A stretch of 41,626 nucleotides of DNA, taken from the IMG/VR virus record IMGVR_UViG_3300042348_000322, positions 1-41,626 of that record. One strand, 5' to 3'. How positions within the stretch are numbered: the stretch's first letter is position 1; the number at the start of each line of letters is the position of its first letter. A program made the position numbers and the translations under genes. The notes beneath the pieces were generated by a model that saw nothing but the letters and a program-made list of their open reading frames with translations, was not told the origin of the DNA and ran no database searches. Shown one piece after another: positions 1 through 9,000 of this stretch. The DNA comes from a virus. Its lineage: Duplodnaviria; Caudoviricetes.

Positions 1-32
1 CTTTTTACCAAGATACTGAGCACGGAGCCTGT

Positions 33-3002
33 ATGAATTACTCCCGTAGACAACTTGAAGCATTTGGCGAGCCGCTTGGCGAATCAGTTACCCGTTTAAA
101 ACCCGGCGGACGCATCTATGGTGGCGGTGGATCAAAGACTCCTGCCCAGACATCCCAAACCAACACTACAGATTTACCCGCATGGGCGAAGCCACACGCC
201 AAAGAGATTCTGGCTAGGGGCCAAGCGTTATCCAATGCTCCATACGAGACATACGGCGGAGATCGTACGGCTGATTTTGGTGCCATGCAAAAAGGCGCTA
301 TGGAAGACGCAAGGACAATGGGGCCTGCGGCTCAGTTGGGCACGGCTACCGGTTTGGCTGGGGACGTTGGACGACGTGCTATGGGCACGAACTACGAAGC
401 CGGTCAGTTTGCCAATCAGTTTCAAGCCCCCGGCGCGTATCAGCCCGGTCAGTTCTCCATGATGCAAGCGCAGGCTCCAAGCCTTCAGCAGTATCAAATG
501 AAAGGCCCACAAGATGTGCGGTCAATAGGGTATGACGCAGCAGAAATGGGTGCGGCGCAAACAGCCTATAACCCCAACTTGCAACAATACCAAATGGGGC
601 CAGCAGAACGTGTTCGCACCCAAAGCTTTGCTCGCCCCGGCGCAGCAGAAGCCTATATGTCTCCCTACATGCAAAATGTGGTGGACATCCAGCAACGTGA
701 AGCTCAACGGCAAGGGGATATTGCTCGCACAGGTCGCGGGGCTCAGGCTGTAGGCGCAGGTGCGTTTGGCGGATCTCGTCAGGCCATCATGGAGGCCGAA
801 GCTGCCCGCAATCTTGCTCAACAAAAAGGCGACATTCAAGCGCAGGGACTTCAGTCGGCCTACGGCCAAGCCCAGCAGCAATTTAATGCCGAACAGCAAG
901 CGCGTTTGCAAGCTCAACAAGCCAACCAACAAGCTGGTATTACTGTTGGCGGGCAAAACCTTGGCGCTGCGCTTGGTGTTCAACAACTTGGCGCTCAAAC
1001 GGGTCTACAAACTGCCCTTTCCAATTTAAGCAGCCAACAACAAGCAAACGTACAAAACCAAGCAGCCAGAAATCAAGCTATGGGCATGAATGCCCAGCAA
1101 GCGATGCAAGCGGCTTTGGCGAATCAACAAATGGGTTTCAACGTTGGCTCGCAGAACCTTGCGGCCAACCTTGGAGTCCAGCAATTGGGTGCAGGGCAAG
1201 ACCTGCAATCTCAACTTGCCAATCAACAGGCTTTCCAACAAGCACAACAAGCTGGAGAGCAATCACGTCAGTTTGGCGCTGGCCAAGGTCTTCAAGCTGC
1301 GGGTCTCGGCGCTCAGTATGGTCAAGCCGCCCAACAGTTGGGTGAGCAGTCTCGTCAGTACGGCGCGGGCTTGGGGATGCAGGGGCTTCAAACCGCTTTG
1401 CAATCCGCCGGACAGCTTGGTCAGCTTGGCGGTCAGCAGTTCCAGCAAGGTATGGACATCAACAAGTTGCGCTCTGCTTACGGCGGAATGGAACAAGGGC
1501 AGCGCCAAAGAGATGCGGACATTGCGTATCAAAACTTTGTTAATCAACAAAGCCACCCGTACAAGCAAGTGGGTTTTTACTCCGACTTGTTGCGTGGTAC
1601 GCCTACTGGCTCTTCAAGCGTTACCAACATGTATCAGCCTCAAGGTTCTGGTTTGCAAGATGCAGCCGGGGTAGCTATGGGCATGTACGGTCTGAGCAAG
1701 TACATGGCTGAAGGTGGCGTGACCAGTCAAGGTAACGTAGAAAGCATTATTGACAAGCTTGGCCCAGATCAGTTGCAGCAAGCTCGTGAAAATGCCTTGG
1801 ACCGCCGGGATATGGACACCGTAGCTGCAATTGACGAGCGTTTGGCTGAGCTTGCTCAGTCTAAGTCTATGTATGCGGGTCTTGGCGGCGCGTTTGACCA
1901 AATCCCAGAAGATCGCCAAGAAGCAATGATGGCGGGCGGCGGTATTGTTGCGTTTGCTAATGGTGGTTCTTATTTAGACCAAGCCGAAAAATCACGCGCA
2001 GAACAACTTGCTTATATAGATCAAGCAACCACAATGCCTACTCCAGAAGACCGGAGAAAAGATATTGTGGCGCAACGGGACATGATCAAAGGCTTGTACG
2101 AACCAAGCGTTTTACCTAAGTATCTGGAAGAGACAAAGGCTGAGCGTGCCAACCTTGGCAAGAACATGGATGAGGCTAGAGGTCTTGGCGCTCTACTGGC
2201 TGCTGCGGAAATGATTGGCGCTAGAAACTTCCGCGAGGGAGCCAAGGCTTCTACTAAGGCATTTGTTGGTGAAGTAAGTCGTGTTGCTAAAGAGAACAAA
2301 GAAGCAGACCGCTTGCTCCGTCAGTCTGAGATTCAGCTTGCCACAGCAAGCGAGTTGTACAACAACGGTATGACTGATAAGGCAATTGCCGAAGCTGATA
2401 AGGGGCGCTCCGCAAAAGCAAGAGCCGCTGAACTTAAAGCTGGCGTTGCTGGTGACACAGCCAAGATGTACTCACAACTTCAAAATACACAGCTTGGTAA
2501 GGATGCCACTATTGCGGCGGCAAACATCAGCGCCAAAGCTCATCGTGATACGGCCAACAAACCCGGCCAGTTGGAGCGTATGGTTTCTGACTACGAGCAA
2601 CGCCTCGGTAGAAAGCTCACGGCTGAGGAATACGTGAAAGCTACGGAGAAAATGGGCGCTGCTTCGTATGGTGCAAAATACACCGGCCCGGACACCACGT
2701 TTACAAATTCTGCAAAGTTCCAGAAAGACCTTGCGGATCGTACAAAAATGTTGCAGTTACAAAAGAGTATGCCCAACAAAACACAGGCAGAAATAGACGC
2801 AATAGATTCACAGATAGAAGCAGAGCGCCAAAAATTGGTGGAAGAGTATCGGGCTACCATAGCTTCTGGTGTTACATCAAAAGCCGCCCCCGAAGCTGCT
2901 CCAGCAGCCGCGCCCAAAGGTCCACGTCCGGGTACGATACAGGATGGCTACCGTTACAAAGGCGGTGATCCAGCAAATCCAACCAGTTGGGAAAAGGTGT
3001 AA
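33..3002 (+). CDS. Internal virion / DNA ejection (pilot-like) protein, Q/A/G-rich
   Basis: 989-aa ORF with GGAG RBS. Gln/Ala/Gly-rich helical repeats (QLGEQSRQYGAG / QAGEQSRQFGAG; QNLxAxLGVQQLGA twice) and a GAFGGSRQA motif typical of podovirus DNA-transfer proteins. Lies at the end of the structural operon. Confidence 0.7.
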   Translation: MNYSRRQLEAFGEPLGESVTRLKPGGRIYGGGGSKTPAQTSQTNTTDLPAWAKPHAKEILARGQALSNAPYETYGGDRTADFGAMQKGAMEDARTMGPAAQLGTATGLAGDVGRRAMGTNYEAGQFANQFQAPGAYQPGQFSMMQAQAPSLQQYQMKGPQDVRSIGYDAAEMGAAQTAYNPNLQQYQMGPAERVRTQSFARPGAAEAYMSPYMQNVVDIQQREAQRQGDIARTGRGAQAVGAGAFGGSRQAIMEAEAARNLAQQKGDIQAQGLQSAYGQAQQQFNAEQQARLQAQQANQQAGITVGGQNLGAALGVQQLGAQTGLQTALSNLSSQQQANVQNQAARNQAMGMNAQQAMQAALANQQMGFNVGSQNLAANLGVQQLGAGQDLQSQLANQQAFQQAQQAGEQSRQFGAGQGLQAAGLGAQYGQAAQQLGEQSRQYGAGLGMQGLQTALQSAGQLGQLGGQQFQQGMDINKLRSAYGGMEQGQRQRDADIAYQNFVNQQSHPYKQVGFYSDLLRGTPTGSSSVTNMYQPQGSGLQDAAGVAMGMYGLSKYMAEGGVTSQGNVESIIDKLGPDQLQQARENALDRRDMDTVAAIDERLAELAQSKSMYAGLGGAFDQIPEDRQEAMMAGGGIVAFANGGSYLDQAEKSRAEQLAYIDQATTMPTPEDRRKDIVAQRDMIKGLYEPSVLPKYLEETKAERANLGKNMDEARGLGALLAAAEMIGARNFREGAKASTKAFVGEVSRVAKENKEADRLLRQSEIQLATASELYNNGMTDKAIAEADKGRSAKARAAELKAGVAGDTAKMYSQLQNTQLGKDATIAAANISAKAHRDTANKPGQLERMVSDYEQRLGRKLTAEEYVKATEKMGAASYGAKYTGPDTTFTNSAKFQKDLADRTKMLQLQKSMPNKTQAEIDAIDSQIEAERQKLVEEYRATIASGVTSKAAPEAAPAAAPKGPRPGTIQDGYRYKGGDPANPTSWEKV

Positions 3003-3005
3003 AAG

Positions 3006-6000
3006 ATGGCTACTGGGCCTTGGGATCAATACAAATCAGGCCCAACCAAAGGGCCTTGGGATCAGTACGCCGCTGCGCAAGAACAAGAACAAGTCGCGAC
3101 GCAAAAACCTGAAACAGCACAAGAATCTACTTCAAATCCGTTTGCGGGGATGATTGGTCAAGCTGCGTCTTTAACTGGTGCCGGTATTGAAGCAGTTGCA
3201 GAAGTTGCCGAGCGAGTCGGCGACAAATTGGAATTGGCTGTGCCATTGTCAGACATAAGCCCAGAAGACATTAAGAGCAAAAAACAACTTCAGCCTTTGT
3301 TTGACTGGGCAAAGTCGTTAAAGGATTTTGACGAAAGCATTGGCTACCAACCAAGCACACAACTTAAAGATTTAGGTACTAACCCACTTAACGCCGTTCC
3401 TTTTATCGCCGAGCGTGTAATTACGTCTGCCCCTGACATGGTCGCCGCAGTTGCTGTTTTACCAGCATATGTAATGGCGCGAACAAAACAAATCTTGGAC
3501 GAGCGTGTTAAGAACGACGAAAAAACGCTTGACGACGCTACTGTTGGCGATGTAACTGCTGCGGCTACTGCCGCTGTCATTGAGTCCACACTTGAACGCT
3601 TCGCCACCAAAGGTTTGTTTAAACCTACTACCGCTAAAACAGGTACAGGTAGGGTCGCCAAAGAAACAGGTATTCAAGCGGGCACTGAAGTTGCTGAAGA
3701 AGAAGCGGCTTATCTTGGCGAAGCTGCGGGCACAAAGAAAGGGCTGAGCGGGGAAGAAGCTCTGACTCGCGGCGCTGAAGCAGCAATTGTTGGTGGTGGC
3801 CTCGGCGCTACTGTGCAAGGCACAAAAGAACTTCTTGCACCAAAGACGCCGCCCACTACCGAACAAGAACGCCAAACAATCCTAGACACTTTGGCAGGCG
3901 ACATGCAGGAGCCAGCCGATTTGTTTGCGGATCAAGAAGGCCAGCAAGCTGCACCAAAATCTCAAGTTGATCGCTACAAGCAGCGTGCTGATGAAGCGTT
4001 GCGGACTTCTGCGCAATCTGCGAAGTATGGTGACGTTGATCAAACATTACCGTCCTCCAACGAGCCACCCGGTTTGTTTACAGATGTAGACACCGGCGCT
4101 GCAACCACCGCAACATCAAGCGCCCCTGCTGTTCGTGCACCAGCAGCCCCCGCTCAGTCACTTGAAGCCTACAGCGATTTCGTACGGCAGTACACAGAAT
4201 TGCGGGATGAGTACAACTCTCTGCCATCTGGCCAGATAGATCAAGCGGGCATGAACTTGCGTAAGACCATCCAGAAAAATCTGGCTGAAGTCGTTGACGC
4301 CAACATGGGTTTGATCCGCAGCAAAGGTGTGGCCAATCAACTTAAGAACCCTGTGTTTGATGGTTCGCAAGTATTGGCTCGACTTGAGCCAAATGTCGGC
4401 CAACCCCGTGCTATGCAAGGGAACTTGTTTGGTACGTTCCAAGCTGCCACCCGCCTCGCAACAAACGCTATGGCTTTGTCGGGCCAAAACCCAGATGGCG
4501 CAATCCAAGAATTGGAAAACAAACGCGCTCGTATGCAGGAAAAGGTTGACTCGGGCGGTTATACCGACGCAGAAGTTATCAGCAGACGTCCTGCTGGTAT
4601 GACATCTGGCCAAGCACTTAAAAACAGAGATTCAATCCTCCAACGTCTTCTACAAGAAACAAACGCTGAGATTGACCACGCAATCGACATTGTGCAAAAG
4701 CGTACGGGCCAGCCTCGCGCTATGCAGGGTAAATTGTTTGGCCAACCAGAAGGCCAGCCTGACGTTGGTACAGAGAAGGCCGAAAATATTGAAGACGTGT
4801 TTAACGCTGCAAACGCAGCTGAATTGAACAAGTCTCGTATGCGGGCAACAGAAAAATCCAAAAAAATTGAAGCTGCTAACAGGGGCCGCAACCAGCAAGC
4901 TGGGGCTTCAATGACTGCAAGCGAACGTGTTGCGCTCTTTAAGTCTGAGAGAAAGCGCGTTGAAGGTGAACTTGCAAAAGCCCGCGCTGAATTGACGCGG
5001 CTGCAAAGTCTCGCCGCCCGCCCTGCTGGTGAGATAGGGTATAGGCCCACATCTGAAGATATTCGTGCGGTGACTGACACCATCAACGGGTACGAAAGAA
5101 CTTTGCAAGGCGTGCGTGAGCAGCTCCAAGATGCAGAAGCCGATTTTGATAACGGCATAGAAACGCCTACTCCACGTCAGCGGCAGGAGATTCAGCGCGT
5201 AGATTTGACGGCTGAACAAGAGCAGTTGTTTGATACAGAAAATTTTGAGGATAACGCCGTAGAAGTAACCGAGCGTAAGGCAGCGCCAATAGTAGATGAG
5301 CGCGGTGCAATAGTGCCATCCTCTAAAAAAGGAGAGAACCCAATTGCATCTGCCGGGTTTAAAACTCTTGATGAAGACAACAACATATCTGACAATCTTG
5401 TGGGCGCAACTTTTATTACCGGTATGGATGTATCGGCAAGAAACAAAGGCGCTGGTACAAGACTTTTAAACGCAATTACAAACTGGGCTGATACAAATGG
5501 CAAGACGTTGGTTCTTGTCCCTTCTGCAAATCCAGACCCTGAGTTGGGTGGGTTATCCCAAAAACAATTAAAGGCTTGGTATGCACGCAATGGATTTGAA
5601 GACCGTGTAGATTACATGGTTAGAGTTCCTACTGAAGAAAGAACTCAAGAAACCGAAAAAATCCAAGAAACTAAACCCGCTGAGATTGTCCGCGAAGGTA
5701 AAAAGCCACCAGAGAAATCTGTAAAAGCCCCTGCTACAGACACAGAACACATTGTGCAGACAGAAGAGGGCGGCAAGATCAAAGGTTTCTTTGACTCCAT
5801 CCTGCCTGCATCGAGCTCTCCTGCGGAGCAGGAACGTCACGGTAATTCAAAGAACACCGCTGCTGAAACCATGCTGGAGTTTGATATTGCCCGACCGGGC
5901 GAGACAACCAGCGCTGGTTCACAGAAGATGCTCGACTACCTTGCCCGCCGTGTGGGTGGCCAAGAGAAACTAAACAAACTTCTGGCTGCGTTGCAAAATG

Positions 6001-9000
6001 CGTCGCCCGATGAACAATCGCGCCTACTTAAAAACGCAGGGCTCCCAGACCTCACCACCCGCCGTGGTATGGATGAGTTCAGTTCGCAGGTGCAGGAATA
6101 TGTTGACCAGATGGTGGCCACAGGTGAAGGCCCGCTGTACAACATAAGAACAAGCAAGATGCGTCCGTCCCAAGTTACTGGGACAAAGCTGCCGTACCAA
6201 GAAACTATCACCACTGCTGTTACGGTTACACAAAGATACGACACACCTCTTGGTGAAAAGCCACGACGTCCAAGTCAAGGTATCAAAGAAATAGTTCGTG
6301 ACATCAACGACAATAAGCTGCGTGCGGCTGCATTGGTCCTCAAGCAGATGACTGGGAAGATTTCTCCCCAAGCGCAGGCTGCTATTACATACCTGACCAA
6401 CCTGAACCGTTCCACATTTGGGGATGCACTCAGGGATTTGGCGTTCGATCTTGCGTACTTTGAGCTTGACCCTAAATATTACGGTGCAGGTTCTACGTTC
6501 TACAAAGAAGGCGGTAAGTACGCACAAGACTTCCGTGCATGGATTGAAACCAATCTTGATGCAAGCACAGTTGCGTTACTTGATGAGTTGATTGCGGAAC
6601 ACAAACAAAACGCAGCAGAAGCTGAAAAGTTTGAGAACGCCATAACTGCTTACAACCAACTGTTAGAAATTGCGGCGGAAAAAAATCGCAAGAAAGCTGA
6701 AGGGCAAGGGGCCAAGTTGCCCAAAGCACCACGCAGGAAGAGAACCGCCAAAGAACGTCTTGCCACTATGCAAGAGGAAGCGGAGACTGAAGCAGGTGAA
6801 GGCGAAGAAACTTTAGAGCCGTTTACAGAAGCAGACACAAGGAACTTACCCACTGTTGAGATGCTTACTGAAGTGCATCCAGCCATCCGTCGATTGCTGA
6901 TGGACGGTGATACACACGGCGCTCTTGAACTTCTTGCGCAAGTAAAAAACAACAAGTACTACGCTGAATTGGCTCAACGCATCCTCGACACCGGCTTTAC
7001 AGCTGAGACACGGTTGATTGACCCCGACACTATAAAGTCGTTGTCTAACGACCCGAAAGTAACTGAGTCTTTGAACGAGCGGTTAGATGCTCTGCGTGAT
7101 TTGGTTGAAACTTTGTTCCCGCAAGAACAGCAAGCTTCCATCATCAGCGATTTGAAATCCGGCAAGTTGCGTAATCTTTTATACGCGCTTGAAACCATGC
7201 AGGGCACGTTGGAGAAAAACGGTGGGACTGAGTCCAACCAGCAGCTCCTTGATAGCGTAATAGACTTGGTGAACCGCGAGTTTGTATGGATCGGTAAGTA
7301 CGAACCAGCCAGCGACATAATCGTCATGCGCCAAGGCGTGGGCCAACTTACGAACCACTTGTTGTTGCATGAGAGCTTGCACGCCGCTGCATCTCATCTG
7401 TTGGACAACCCTAATCGGTTGGTTGGGATTCAACGCCAAGGTTATGACCGCCTCAATGAGTTGTTCCAGTACTCCAAGGGTTTGCTGGAACAGAAGGGCA
7501 TAACTTCAGACACCGTGTATGGTCTGCAAGATTTGCATGAGTTTGTTTCTGAGGCAATGACAAACCCAGAGTTGCAAGCGTTGCTGCGTTCTATTCGGTA
7601 CAAAGCTGCACCGTTCTCTTTGTGGAATCGCTTCACTGACTCTGTAAGCAAACTGTTCAACGTAAAACCCGGCGAGCCAAGCAACGTCATGGTAGAGGTC
7701 ATGTTTGCTGCTGATGCAATGATGGCCGGTACGATGTCCTTGGAGGGTATGCAAGGGTCAAGCACTCCAAGAGCGATGGCCACAAAAGGCCCACGCCGAC
7801 GCACAACTGTGCCACCCGGTATGCCAAACCAGCCTTCGACAATTCGTCGCTGGATGATGGCCGATACGTGGACATCAGGAAAGATGCGAGAGATTCGCAG
7901 TATGAACGCAGGGGCGCGTAAAGCGTATCTCGGCATGTTGACATTGCGCCAGATCAATGATTTGGTTGGCGGACGTATCGGGCAGATTGGCAACTTCATC
8001 AATGTGACTGAGAAGTTCCTCGCCCGCAAGTCTCAGATATTGAAAGAGTCGGGCGATATTGCCCAGAAGTGGGAACGTCTGCAAGCTGCTGACCCTGAGA
8101 TGTCTCGTAAGCTCGGTGTAGTGATGCACAGCGCAACCATTCTTGAGATCGACCCAGACAAAGCTACGTTGGCCCAGCGTACAAACAACGCCAAATTGAT
8201 GAACGACTGGAGGGCATTGAATCCTGAAGCCAAGACAATTTACCGTGAGGTGCGGAATTTCTACGAACGCAGATACAGCCAATACAAGCGTTTGATGAAC
8301 CGTCGCATTATTCAAATGCGGCAGTTGGGTGTGTCCGAAGCTACGATCACAGAGATTCGTAACGAATTTGAGAAGGGTAAGCGGGCTGGTCCTTATTTCC
8401 CTCTGATGCGTTTTGGCCGCTTTTGGTATCAGGTGGGCAAAGGTCAGAACCGTGAATACTACATGTTTGAGTCTGAGGCAGCCCGTGATATGCACCGGGA
8501 TGAACGGTTGAAACGCGACCCACATTTGGGTTCCACCATTGGCCAGAACATTGGTAACGACTATCAACAGCAGATGGACTTCCATGCGCGTGAGTCTGCG
8601 TTCTTGAAGTCTGCGTTTGCTGGCGTGGATAGTATGGACATGACTGGGCTTACACCAGCCGAGGCAGACAAACGCCGCACTGAGTTGAAGGACAACCTGT
8701 ATCAGACATATCTGGCCAATCAGCCAGACCGCAGTATGCGCAACGCCTTTGTACACCGCAACAGTATTGCCGGTTACTCAGAGGATGCGCTGCGTAGCTT
8801 TGCGTCGTCATCATTCAGTATGGCATACCAGATGTCACGGTTTGAATATTCTCCAGAAATGTTCTCACAGCTGGACGCCGCTCGCGCACAGATTAAAGGT
8901 CGTTTCACCCCCGGCGCGGCTTTTGACCCTGCGCTTGTGAGAGAAAACGATGAGTTGCGTGACTATGTTGGAGAGATTGACAGGCGTTTGGCGGGGATGT

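Noticed and set aside
7442-8756. Long antisense ORFs (195 and 293 aa), and similar ones at 25005..25640 and 27192..28052
   Set aside because: They lie opposite well-supported genes with no RBS or recognisable motifs; shadow ORFs from codon bias.
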